Below, in pieces: positions 25,838 to 35,574 of a DNA stretch of 64,000 nt (positions within the stretch are counted from its first letter, which is position 1; each line of letters opens with the position of its first letter). Under the pieces are notes generated by a model that worked only from the letters and a program-made list of their open reading frames with translations, was not told the DNA's origin and ran no database searches. The stretch covers positions 8,689-72,688 of the forward strand of contig JADIMK010000040.1 of assembly GCA_017694785.1 (NCBI GenBank), in the 5' to 3' direction. Both the position numbers and the translations under genes were made by a program. This DNA comes from Candidatus Cryptobacteroides intestinigallinarum. GTDB taxonomy: Bacteria > Bacteroidota > Bacteroidia > Bacteroidales > UBA932.

Positions 25838-28800
25838 ATGGCAAACGAAAAAAAATTCATCACTTGTGACGGTAACTATGCAGCCGCCCACATCGCTTAC
25901 CTTTTCAGTGAGCACGCTGCAATCTACCCTATCACACCTTCATCGACAATGGCTGAATATGTCGATGAATGGGCAGCCCAGGGGAAGAAGAACCTCTTCG
26001 GCGAGGTAGTCAAGGTTACCGAAATGCAAAGTGAAGGAGGCGCAGCCGGTGCAGTGCACGGTTCTCTCCAGGCTGGAGCACTTACTACCACATTCACTGC
26101 ATCACAGGGTCTGCTTCTCATGATCCCTAACATGTATAAGATTGCAGGAGAGCTTCTCCCTGCAGTATTCCATGTATCAGCACGTGCCCTTGCATCACAT
26201 GCGCTGTCAATCTTCGGAGACCATCAGGATGTGATGGCCTGCCGTCAGACAGGATTCGCTATGCTGGCCTCAGCCTCTGTACAGGAAGCTCTGGACATGG
26301 CTGCAGTGGCCCATCTTTCAGCAATCAAGTCAAGCGTACCTTTCGTTCACTTCTTCGACGGATTCCGTACTTCACACGAGATCCAGAAGATCGAGCTGAT
26401 AGATGAAGAAGTACTCAAGGGAATGCTCAGCACAAAATCTCTTGCAAGATTCAGGGAAAGGGCCCTCAATCCTGATACACCTGTCACCCGCGGTACAGCA
26501 CAGAACGGCGACGTATATTTCCAGGCACGCGAGGCCTGCAACCAGTACTACGAAGCTGTGCCGGATGTAGTCGCAAGATACATGGGCGAAATCAGCGAAG
26601 CTACAGGCAGAGACTACCGTCCGTTCGACTACTACGGAGCACCTGATGCAGAGAATATCATCGTAGCCATGGGTTCAGTGACAGAGACAATCAAGGAGAC
26701 AATCGACTATCTTGCATCACAGGGCAAGAAATACGGTCTTCTCATTGTACGTCTCTACAGGCCTTTCTCAGCAAAATATTTCATGAAGGTCCTCCCTGCT
26801 TCAGTAAAGAGGATTGCAGTCCTGGACAGGACAAAGGAACCGGGAGCTCTCGGAGAGCCTCTCTACCTCGACATCAAGGCTCTCTTCCAGGGCAAGGCAA
26901 ACTCACCGCTTGTCATCGGAGGCCGCTACGGACTTTCTTCAAAGGATACGTCACCTGCACAGATCGTCGCTGTCTACGAGAACCTCGAGCTTGCAGAGCC
27001 TAAGGACGGATTCACAATCGGCATCGTCGATGACGTCACATTCAAGTCTCTCCCTGTCAAGGAAGAAATCAGCATCGTGAAGCCAGGCACAACCGAGTGC
27101 AAGTTCTACGGACTCGGATCAGACGGAACAGTCGGTGCAAACAAGAACACTATCAAGATAATCGGTGACCACACGCAGAAATACTGCCAGGGATATTTCG
27201 ACTACGACTCAAAGAAGTCAGGCGGATATACCTGTTCACACCTCAGATTCGGAGATTCTCCTATCAAGGCTCCATACCTTGTATCTACTCCGGACTTCGT
27301 GGCCTGCCATGTCCCTTCATACCTCCACAAATATGATGTCCTCAAAGGCATCAAGCAGAACGGAACACTTCTTCTCAACAGCCTCTGGGATGAAGAGGAG
27401 ACCCTCAAGAGGATCCCTGACCATGTAAAGGCTGTAATCGGAAAGAAGAACATTTCCCTCTACATCATCAACGCCACCAAGATCGCAGCCGAAATCGGAC
27501 TCGGCGGAAGGACCAACACCATCCTCCAGTCTGCATTCTTCAAGATCACAGGCATCATCCCTTACGAGGATGCAGTGACATATATGAAGAAAGCCATCGA
27601 CAAGAGCTACGGCAAGAAAGGCGAGAATGTCGTGAAGATGAACTACGCTGCAGTCGACAGAGGCGGTGAATACACCAAGGTCGAGATCCCTGCAGACTGG
27701 AAGGACATCACAGCCAAGTTCGAGAATCCTAACAAGGACAGGCTTGCTCCTGAATTTGTAAAGGAAATCGCCGATGTAGTCAACGCACAGTGCGGAGACA
27801 CTCTCCCTGTAAGCGCATTCAAGGATGCTGCCGACGGAACAATTCCTGCAGGCACAGCTGCTTACGAAAAGAGAGGAATCGCAGTCAAGGTACCTGAGTG
27901 GAAAGCAGAGAACTGTATACAGTGCAACACCTGTGCATTCGTCTGCCCTCACGCAGCAATCCGTCCGTTCCTGATGACAGCAGAAGAGGCAGCAGCAGCT
28001 CCTGCAGGCATCAAGAAAGCACAGGGCAAGGCTGTATTCAAGGAGTACACCTTTACAATGCAGATTTCTCCTGCAGACTGTACAGGCTGCGGCAACTGCG
28101 CCGATGTCTGCCCGGCAAAGGAGAAGGCCCTTGTCATGGTTTCAGCAGAGACCCAGGAGAAGGAACAGGCAAACTTCGATTACCTGCACTCCCATATCGG
28201 ATACAAGGACACTGTCCAGAACAAGTTCCAGAATGTGAAGAACGCACAGTTCTCACAGCCGCTGTTTGAATTCTCAGGCGCATGCGCCGGCTGCGGCGAG
28301 ACTCCATACATCAAGACCATCACACAGCTCTATGGTGACCACATGATGATCGCCAACGCTACAGGATGTTCTTCAATCTACGGTGCATCATTCCCGGCAT
28401 CTCCATACTGCACAAATGTACACGGACATGGACCGGCATGGGCCAACTCACTCTTCGAGGACAACGCTGAGTTCGGTCTCGGAATGAAGCTCGGATCTGA
28501 CAGGGCACGTATGACTGTTGCCAAGCTCATGGAAGAAGGTCTTGCATGCTCATGCTGCACAGACGAGATGAAGGCTCTCTTCACAAAATGGCTTGAGAAC
28601 AAGAATGACGCGAAGACAACCCGCGAAGTCGCTGACGAGCTAGTACCTATGCTCGAAAGCTGCAGCTGCGACATCTGCAAGTCTCTCCTTGTCTACAGGC
28701 ACTTCATCCCTGCACGTTCACAGTGGATCTTCGGCGGTGACGGCTGGGGCTACGACATAGGATACGGCGGACTTGACCATGTCCTCGCTTCCGGACAGAA

Positions 28801-29368
28801 TGTGAATGTCCTCGTACTTGATACTGAGGTATATTCAAATACCGGCGGACAGTCATCGAAGTCAACTCCTGCAGGAGCTATCGCCAAATTCGCAGCTTCA
28901 GGAAAGAGAGTCCGCAAGAAAGACCTCGGAATGATGGCTATGAGCTACGGATACGTATATGTAGCACAGGTTGCGATGGGATCAAACCCTGCACAGTACT
29001 TCAATGCCATCAAGGAAGCTGAAGCATACGACGGACCATCTCTCATCATAGCCTACTCTCCATGTATCAACCATGGCCTGAAGGCAGGTATGGGTCTCAG
29101 CCAGAAAGAGGAGAAGCTTGCAGTCGAGTGCGGCTACTGGCACCTCTATAGGTTCAACCCTGCACTTGAAGAGGAAGGAAAGAATCCATTCTCCCTCGAC
29201 AGCAAGGAACCGGACTGGAGCAAGTTCCAGGACTTCCTCAAAGGCGAGGTAAGGTTTGCATCACTCTACAAGATGTTCCCTGACCAGGCTGCAGAACTTC
29301 TCCAGAAGACTGAAGAGTTCGCAAAGATCAGGCTCAACACCTACAAGAGGCTTGCAGGCAAGGAATAA
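25838..29368 (+). CDS. nifJ: Pyruvate:ferredoxin (flavodoxin) oxidoreductase
   Basis: YPITPSS, QSEGGAAG, GLGSDGTVGANK, two CxxCxxC ferredoxin motifs, GGDGW...DTEVYSNTGGQ TPP motif. Confidence 0.98.
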   Translation: MANEKKFITCDGNYAAAHIAYLFSEHAAIYPITPSSTMAEYVDEWAAQGKKNLFGEVVKVTEMQSEGGAAGAVHGSLQAGALTTTFTASQGLLLMIPNMYKIAGELLPAVFHVSARALASHALSIFGDHQDVMACRQTGFAMLASASVQEALDMAAVAHLSAIKSSVPFVHFFDGFRTSHEIQKIELIDEEVLKGMLSTKSLARFRERALNPDTPVTRGTAQNGDVYFQAREACNQYYEAVPDVVARYMGEISEATGRDYRPFDYYGAPDAENIIVAMGSVTETIKETIDYLASQGKKYGLLIVRLYRPFSAKYFMKVLPASVKRIAVLDRTKEPGALGEPLYLDIKALFQGKANSPLVIGGRYGLSSKDTSPAQIVAVYENLELAEPKDGFTIGIVDDVTFKSLPVKEEISIVKPGTTECKFYGLGSDGTVGANKNTIKIIGDHTQKYCQGYFDYDSKKSGGYTCSHLRFGDSPIKAPYLVSTPDFVACHVPSYLHKYDVLKGIKQNGTLLLNSLWDEEETLKRIPDHVKAVIGKKNISLYIINATKIAAEIGLGGRTNTILQSAFFKITGIIPYEDAVTYMKKAIDKSYGKKGENVVKMNYAAVDRGGEYTKVEIPADWKDITAKFENPNKDRLAPEFVKEIADVVNAQCGDTLPVSAFKDAADGTIPAGTAAYEKRGIAVKVPEWKAENCIQCNTCAFVCPHAAIRPFLMTAEEAAAAPAGIKKAQGKAVFKEYTFTMQISPADCTGCGNCADVCPAKEKALVMVSAETQEKEQANFDYLHSHIGYKDTVQNKFQNVKNAQFSQPLFEFSGACAGCGETPYIKTITQLYGDHMMIANATGCSSIYGASFPASPYCTNVHGHGPAWANSLFEDNAEFGLGMKLGSDRARMTVAKLMEEGLACSCCTDEMKALFTKWLENKNDAKTTREVADELVPMLESCSCDICKSLLVYRHFIPARSQWIFGGDGWGYDIGYGGLDHVLASGQNVNVLVLDTEVYSNTGGQSSKSTPAGAIAKFAASGKRVRKKDLGMMAMSYGYVYVAQVAMGSNPAQYFNAIKEAEAYDGPSLIIAYSPCINHGLKAGMGLSQKEEKLAVECGYWHLYRFNPALEEEGKNPFSLDSKEPDWSKFQDFLKGEVRFASLYKMFPDQAAELLQKTEEFAKIRLNTYKRLAGKE

Positions 29369-29409
29369 TCCATGTAGCCCGGCATAATGCCGGATACATA
29401 TGACAACAT

Positions 29410-29457
29410 AAGGGGGTGGCCCGGAAGTCATAGGACTTCTTGAGGCCACCCCCTTTT
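29410..29457. terminator. Terminator after nifJ
   Basis: AAGGGGGTGGCC...GGCCACCCCCTT followed by T-run. Confidence 0.8.
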
Positions 29458-29503
29458 ATCTATGCATCATTGAATCCGCCGATCTGCAGCCAGGATGCTC
29501 GCG

Positions 29504-30487
29504 TCACATGGACAGATGAGGATCACGCTGGAGCAATTCCCTAAGCACCCGTACGATATCTTCGAATACAGGTAGCTGACGAAGTGCTTCAGATGCGCGC
29601 ATAAAGACAGAGTAACGGAAGTCAAGCCAGGAAGACGGGAGCTGCGCAAGCCGGCCATGGGACAACTCATCCTGCACACAATACGGGGGTAGGACAGCGG
29701 CCACATCCGGGTCAATCTCAGCAAGATGTTTTACAGCCTCAACCGAATCAGAAATGAAAACAAGCTTTCCGGACAAGCCGGCAAGAGCAAGCTCTTCTTC
29801 AGCAGAACCCGGCGATGAACAAGATTCCGGGGCTGACGCATCTGGTGATGGTGCGGCACTGGAAGTTACGGAGGACAAGACAGCAATCTGCGGCCATGCG
29901 CTGTAATCTGTACCCAGGCTGACCGATGTAAAATCACGGAGATAGCGGCTACGTGGAGATACTGCAGCGACAGGACTGCAGGAGCAGAGAAGAAGATCCC
30001 CATCCCCTTGCTTATGCGAAGGGCCTGGATGAGAAGCCCCGGTTACAGATGAATACAGGCTCAGCACATTTCCATTGTCATCATTTACAGTCCGGATATC
30101 AGGGACACCAGACATGGAGGCAAATACAAGGCCGGGCAAAGAATGTCTGAGCGATGAAAACAGCTCAGGAAGGATGACATATGAAAGATCAGGCGAGCAA
30201 TACACCGAAATACGGACTGGGGCATCTTTTCCTGAGCGGAAGGCAGAACGGGCCGATTCATACCAATATAATATTCTTTCAGCATGATTTCTGAAAAGGC
30301 GTCCGTCAGAAGTCAGATTAACTTCCCCTTTACTCCGGCTGAAAAGCTTTACTCCGAGGTCTTTCTCAAGCTCAGCAATATTCTGGCTTACGGCCGGCTG
30401 ACTTACTCCCAAGGCATCAGCTGCACGGGTAAAACTGCCGGTCCGGCACAATGTAATGAAGACTTCCAGTCTGAAATCGCAAGGCAT
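29504..30487 (-). CDS. LysR-family transcriptional regulator
   Basis: GSFTRAADALGVSQPAVSQNIAELEKDLGVKLFSR HTH signature; divergent substrate-binding domain. Confidence 0.9.
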   Translation of the reverse strand: MPCDFRLEVFITLCRTGSFTRAADALGVSQPAVSQNIAELEKDLGVKLFSRSKGEVNLTSDGRLFRNHAERILYWYESARSAFRSGKDAPVRISVYCSPDLSYVILPELFSSLRHSLPGLVFASMSGVPDIRTVNDDNGNVLSLYSSVTGASHPGPSHKQGDGDLLLCSCSPVAAVSPRSRYLRDFTSVSLGTDYSAWPQIAVLSSVTSSAAPSPDASAPESCSSPGSAEEELALAGLSGKLVFISDSVEAVKHLAEIDPDVAAVLPPYCVQDELSHGRLAQLPSSWLDFRYSVFMRASEALRQLPVFEDIVRVLRELLQRDPHLSM

Positions 30488-30654
30488 GGCTCAATTATTG
30501 AATTGTTAAATTTACAGAAAAGTTCTAAATTTGAAAGATTTTTGCATCAAAATAAGCTGGAATTGATTACCATATTTTATATTATATCCGCCTCCATATC
30601 TTATTAAGAGGATCTATCATCAGAATATGACATGTATAATTTACCAAAAATAAA

Positions 30655-33480
30655 ATGAAACGAATCTTATTATTCATTGCAGTAGCATTTACTGCAATTG
30701 CTGTGTATGGCCAGGACTTTTCACAGCTGCCTCAGCTGCCGAACGATCCTGCGGTCAGGACCGGCAAGCTTGACAACGGACTCACTTACTATATCAGGCA
30801 TAATGACAAGCCTGCTGAAAGAGCTGAGTTCTATCTTGCAACAAATGTCGGAGCGATACAGGAAACCCCTGACCAGGACGGTCTGGCACACTTCCTTGAG
30901 CATATGTGTTTCAACGGGACAAAGAATTTCCCGGACAAGATGATCCTGGATTACCTCCAGGGGATCGGGGCTGAATTCGGCAGGAACATCAATGCTTCTA
31001 CAGGTGTAGAACAGACAGTATACATGCTCAACAACATTCCGCTCGTAAGGGAGGGAGTAGTCGACACTTGTCTTCTCATTCTCCATGACTATTCACACTT
31101 TGTCACCTGCGATCCTTCTGAAATCGACAAGGAAAGAGGAGTAATCCTTGAGGAAAGAAGGACAAGGAGGAATGCAGACTGGAGGATGTACGAGAAAGCC
31201 AAGCAGGCATACTACAAAGGATCCAAATATGCAGACTGCTCTCTTATAGGCAGCGAAGAAAACCTCAAGACATTCAAGCCGGAAAGCCTCACAGAATTCT
31301 ACCATACATGGTACCGCCCGGACCTTCAGGCCGTTATTGTCGTAGGAGATGTCGATGTCGACAAGGTTGAAGCAAAGATAAAGGAAACATTTGCAGACAT
31401 ACCTGCAGCCGAAAACCCAAAGGCAAAGGAGTCATATATAATTCCTGACAACCAGGAGCCTATCATATCCATAATCACCGACCCGGAAGCTTCTTCGACA
31501 TCATTTGAAGTGCTCTGGAAGAGTGAAGCCACACCGGAGGCCCTCAACAGCACACAGCTCGGCATGATGTCAGACCTCATCAAGTCGTATATAAGCACAA
31601 TAATGAACGAAAGGTTCAATGACATCACAGCAAAGCCGGATGCACCTTTCACAAGTGCCAGTCTCGGCATCGGAAAACTCTGCGAGACAAGTGATGCCAC
31701 ATTCGGCAATGCCGTATGCAAGAACAATGAAGCAATACCTGCATTCAAGGCATACATGACTGAAATCGAGAAGATGAAGAGATTCGGATTCACCGATGAC
31801 GAAGTCGCAAGAGCAAAGGACAATATCCTGAGCATGTATGAGAAACGTGCCCAGGGTGCCGATACCCGCAAGAACTCGGAATTCATCCAGGAATACATCA
31901 ACAACTTCTTCGACAACTGGTCCTACATGGAGCCTGAAACAGAACTTCAGCTCGCAAATGCAATCTGCAGCCAGCTCAACGCCCAGATCCTCAATCAGGT
32001 AGCCGCTTCAATCATCACAGATTCAAACATGGTGGTCATCTACTACGGACCGGAAAAGGAAGGTGTATCACATCCTGCTGCCGAGGACTTCCTCAATGCC
32101 ATAGCAGAAGTGAAAGCTTCAGACATACAGCCTAATGAAGCACAGAACTTCAATCAGCCTCTTGTTGATGCCGCTGCCCTCAAGGGTTCTGCTGTGAAGA
32201 AGACATCCGAGATAATATATGGTGCAACGGAATGGACGCTCAAGAACGGGCTCAAGGTAGTTGTGCTGCCGACTGAATACAAGAAAGACCAGGTGATCTT
32301 CAACCTGCAGAAAGACGGAGGCCGTTCACTGATAGCTACTGAAGACCTGCCTTCATTCGATGACAACATCTGGTCTCTGTTCATGATGAACAGCGGAGTA
32401 GCACAGTTCCCTGGTACGGACCTTTCAAAGATGCTTGCAGGAAAGAATATAAGCGTATCACCATATATCAGCAGTATCAGGCACGGCATCAGCGGCACTT
32501 CATCACCGGATGACATAGAGACAGCTCTCCAGCTGATGTATCTGTATTTTGCAGATCCTCGCTTCGATGAGAATGAATTCCAGGCCGGTCTTCAGCAGAT
32601 CAAGGCCATACTGCCGAATCTTGCCTCTCAGCCGAACTACCAGTTCCAGGCCGCTATGCTAAACACCATGTACGGAAATAATCCGAGAAAACAGATAATC
32701 AGCGAAGAAACAGTTGAAAAAGCAAATCTCGCAACCATCGAAAGAGTCTATAGGGAACTCTTCGACAATGTCGGAGGAGCTACTCTCTTCATTGTGGGCA
32801 ACGTAGATCTCAAGACACTCAAGCCGCTTGTAGAAAAATATGCCGGATCCCTCAAGAAAGGGAAGAAGACTGAAGGATGGAAAGACGCCGGTGAAGATAT
32901 AGTCAAGGGAGAGGTGATCGATCACTTCACAATTGACATGACAACTCCGAAGAGCTCCGTACTCCAGCTGTACAGCGCATATCTCCCATACTCAGTCAAG
33001 GAGTCAGTCATGCTTGATGCCGCAAAATATATCCTGGACATGATATATACCTCTACTCTCCGCGAGGAGGAAGGCGGGACATACGGAGCAAGTGTCGCAG
33101 TCGGGATGCAGAATGAACCTGTTGAACGGGCTATTGTCCAGGTTTACTTCGATACGAATCCTGAATCTGCGGACAGACTCTGCAAAGCTGCTGCCGATGA
33201 ACTCAAGGAATTCGCAGAAAACGGTCCTGACGAAGAACAGATGACCCGTACTGTCGAGAACTTCAAGAAAACCCTTCCTGAATCCCGGATCAACAACAGC
33301 TACTGGATGAGTGCTCTCCAGTACTATTTCCGCTACGACGGAGCTGACTATGACAAGGAATATGAGGCTGCAGTAGGCGAAATATCAGCTGAGAACATCA
33401 GATCTGCCATAAACGATGTGCTTTCACAGGGCAATTTCATAGAACTTGTGATGTCTTCAGCATCCGATACTGAAGAATAG
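30655..33480 (+). CDS. M16 (insulinase/PqqL-like) zinc peptidase, secreted
   Basis: Signal peptide, GLAHFLEH (HxxEH), NASTG, ERGVILEE, LREEEGGTYG. Confidence 0.93.
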   Translation: MKRILLFIAVAFTAIAVYGQDFSQLPQLPNDPAVRTGKLDNGLTYYIRHNDKPAERAEFYLATNVGAIQETPDQDGLAHFLEHMCFNGTKNFPDKMILDYLQGIGAEFGRNINASTGVEQTVYMLNNIPLVREGVVDTCLLILHDYSHFVTCDPSEIDKERGVILEERRTRRNADWRMYEKAKQAYYKGSKYADCSLIGSEENLKTFKPESLTEFYHTWYRPDLQAVIVVGDVDVDKVEAKIKETFADIPAAENPKAKESYIIPDNQEPIISIITDPEASSTSFEVLWKSEATPEALNSTQLGMMSDLIKSYISTIMNERFNDITAKPDAPFTSASLGIGKLCETSDATFGNAVCKNNEAIPAFKAYMTEIEKMKRFGFTDDEVARAKDNILSMYEKRAQGADTRKNSEFIQEYINNFFDNWSYMEPETELQLANAICSQLNAQILNQVAASIITDSNMVVIYYGPEKEGVSHPAAEDFLNAIAEVKASDIQPNEAQNFNQPLVDAAALKGSAVKKTSEIIYGATEWTLKNGLKVVVLPTEYKKDQVIFNLQKDGGRSLIATEDLPSFDDNIWSLFMMNSGVAQFPGTDLSKMLAGKNISVSPYISSIRHGISGTSSPDDIETALQLMYLYFADPRFDENEFQAGLQQIKAILPNLASQPNYQFQAAMLNTMYGNNPRKQIISEETVEKANLATIERVYRELFDNVGGATLFIVGNVDLKTLKPLVEKYAGSLKKGKKTEGWKDAGEDIVKGEVIDHFTIDMTTPKSSVLQLYSAYLPYSVKESVMLDAAKYILDMIYTSTLREEEGGTYGASVAVGMQNEPVERAIVQVYFDTNPESADRLCKAAADELKEFAENGPDEEQMTRTVENFKKTLPESRINNSYWMSALQYYFRYDGADYDKEYEAAVGEISAENIRSAINDVLSQGNFIELVMSSASDTEE

Positions 33481-33634
33481 CCTCCAAGGAATATCCTGCA
33501 GTGCTGCTGTTTCTGCAGCATGCGATAAAGGCCGTGCCGCCAACCTTAAGGTTACAGCACGGCCTTTTACTATGGACAGACAACGAAAAAGCCGATCCGC
33601 TGGGACCGGCTTTCCGCATGTGACGTAAGTCACA

Positions 33635-33823
33635 CCTGAATCAAGGATCAGCAACAACTACTGGCTGGATGCCCTGATGTACTGGAACCGCTACGGCGTG
33701 GACTATGACAAGGAATTCGAGGCCGCCATCTCCGAAATCTCTTCAGAGAACATCAAGACAGTCCTCAACGAAATCCTCTCCCAGAATAACTTCATTGAGG
33801 TAGTAATGTCTCCTGAGGAATAA
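33635..33823 (+). pseudogene. Start-less second copy of an M16 peptidase 3' end (62 codons)
   Basis: Translates PESRISNNYWLDALMYWNRYGVDYDKEFEAAISEISSENIKTVLNEILSQNNFIEVVMSPEE*, about 39 of 61 aligned residues identical (hand alignment) to the C-terminus of 30655-33480. In-frame TAA at 33626-33628 precedes it with no ATG before the homologous block. Confidence 0.85.
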
Positions 33824-33875
33824 TTCCAGATTACAAGAAAAGACGATGGATGTCCGGAGCCGGAATGCTCCGGAC

Positions 33876-33916
33876 AATAAAGAAAAAGACCCGAATTTCG
33901 GGTCTTTTTCTTTATT
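33876..33916. terminator. Bidirectional terminator between M16 remnant and hmuV
   Basis: Perfect inverted repeat AATAAAGAAAAAGACCCGAA-T-TTCGGGTCTTTTTCTTTATT. Confidence 0.85.
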
Positions 33917-33933
33917 GATTTATCCAGAATTCA

Positions 33934-34278
33934 TCAATGTCCGCCTTCAGGGACATAGATGATCTCACCGTTTTCAAGTTCATAGGCTATGCCCACGCGC
34001 CGGCCGCGTCTGCCGGATGCGTCATCCTGATTTTCCGACGGGGTATAACGGTTGATTTCCTCACCTTCCTTGGTGATGATCTCCATATTTTCCTTGCCCG
34101 GATTCTTGACAATCGTAAAATCCTCCTTGCTGAACATTTCCGTCATGTCATATCTTGTCACAAGGGCTACCATCAGCGCAACGGCAAATACCATGGCCAC
34201 ATCGAAGAGATTGCCGACAACACTCATCGGGTCGTTGTCCTCCTCCTTTCCCAAAAGTCTGCGTCTTCTCATGGTCAT
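33934..34278 (-). CDS. hmuV: DUF2149 protein (HmuV-like)
   Basis: DPMSVVGNLFDVAMVFAVALMVALV motif; last gene of the hmu-type operon, overlapping hmuU by 4 nt. Confidence 0.8.
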   Translation of the reverse strand: MTMRRRRLLGKEEDNDPMSVVGNLFDVAMVFAVALMVALVTRYDMTEMFSKEDFTIVKNPGKENMEIITKEGEEINRYTPSENQDDASGRRGRRVGIAYELENGEIIYVPEGGH

Positions 34279-34874
34279 TTCCCCTCCCCGGCGCCGAGAA
34301 GTTCGGCCACGAATTCAAGGTTCGTCATGTCCTGCATATACCAGCGGTTTTTCACCTGCTGTGTCATGAAGCCCACTGCACTCGAGAAAAGTCCGACCAC
34401 AGTGGTGGCAAAGGCCACCTGCATGTTGTAGGCCATAGAAGATATGTCCCCGGTGGAAAGGCCTACGAGAGCAGGTCCCATAGGGATAAGGGTACCCATG
34501 AGGCCGAGCATAGGACCGAGCTTGGTGAGTGTCTTGGATGAAGAAAGATCCTTGTCGGCATCTGTCTCGAAATCTGCAAGAAGCCTCCTTATGTGGGCAG
34601 GGCTGTCCTTGTGGGCAAGGATTTCATTGAGATAACGTACTGAAAGGGAATTGCTGCCTTTCGGCAGTATGGATTCAAGGTCGCGGACGGTCTCCGGAGT
34701 AAGCCCTTCGAGCCTGGTCCGCAATGTACGCCCGTTCTTGCGGATATTCAGGTATTGTCCGAAAAAACTCCCTACAAGCAGGAGAGAACGGAGAAAAAGA
34801 AGGATGAGAAGCACTATCACAGGCACCAGAAGTCCCGTGGAAATCCAGAAAAGTATGTCTGATATGAAATTCAT
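34275..34874 (-). CDS. hmuU: MotA/TolQ/ExbB-family proton channel (HmuU-like)
   Basis: KLGPMLGLMGTLIPMG...AFATTVVG ExbB-type TM motif; operon position. Confidence 0.82.
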   Translation of the reverse strand: MNFISDILFWISTGLLVPVIVLLILLFLRSLLLVGSFFGQYLNIRKNGRTLRTRLEGLTPETVRDLESILPKGSNSLSVRYLNEILAHKDSPAHIRRLLADFETDADKDLSSSKTLTKLGPMLGLMGTLIPMGPALVGLSTGDISSMAYNMQVAFATTVVGLFSSAVGFMTQQVKNRWYMQDMTNLEFVAELLGAGEGK

Positions 34875-34888
34875 TTTTGTTTATATTT

Positions 34889-35572
34889 TTATGGTTTCGA
34901 CTTATGGAATGAATGCCACAGCCATCCGGCAAAGGCCCCGGCAAGAGTGATGAGGACAATGCCGGCAAATGCACTCCAGTCCACTTCCGAAAAACCTTCG
35001 ACGGCAGTCTGTCCGTTCACCGTGGCTATCACGCCGAAAAAGGCTGTCAGGGCATTGAGGATGAACAGCAGTTCAAGCCTCAGTTCCTTTTCCGGAATGG
35101 CCTTGCGGAATGCCCAGGCCCCGGCAGGAATCAGGATGAACACCAGTGCGGCAAGAATCCATGCAACAAGTTTGAAATCGTTCCCCGGAAATGCGAAGAT
35201 CACATAGACCAGCGTGCTGAAAAGGACAGGAAAAATCAGCACTCCGGGGAACCATCTCAATATCCTGTAGACCGCGATTTTCCACCTTGGCATCTGCCCT
35301 TCAGCGGACAGGTCGGCGGCCATTATGCAGAAGGCCATCTGCAGGACAATCTCCACACTGAGCACGACCGCCGCATCAAGCATGAGGGCGCTGTCTCCCA
35401 GCCATGCTGATATCCTGCTCTTGGACTGCTCGATGGCGAGAGGCCACATCAGTCCGGTGAACAGGGCGGCAGCGGCAGCCGCAATCAGGATTGTCCACGG
35501 CTTGCCGAAACTCTGCTTGAGGACAAAAACAAGGGCGATGAGCAACATCAGTACGGTTACGACGGTCTCCAT
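34889..35572 (-). CDS. hmuT: Integral membrane protein (HmuT-like)
   Basis: About 7 hydrophobic segments; symbol inferred from position between the CobN-like and ExbB-like genes. Confidence 0.65.
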   Translation of the reverse strand: METVVTVLMLLIALVFVLKQSFGKPWTILIAAAAAALFTGLMWPLAIEQSKSRISAWLGDSALMLDAAVVLSVEIVLQMAFCIMAADLSAEGQMPRWKIAVYRILRWFPGVLIFPVLFSTLVYVIFAFPGNDFKLVAWILAALVFILIPAGAWAFRKAIPEKELRLELLFILNALTAFFGVIATVNGQTAVEGFSEVDWSAFAGIVLITLAGAFAGWLWHSFHKSKP

Positions 35573-35574
35573 GG

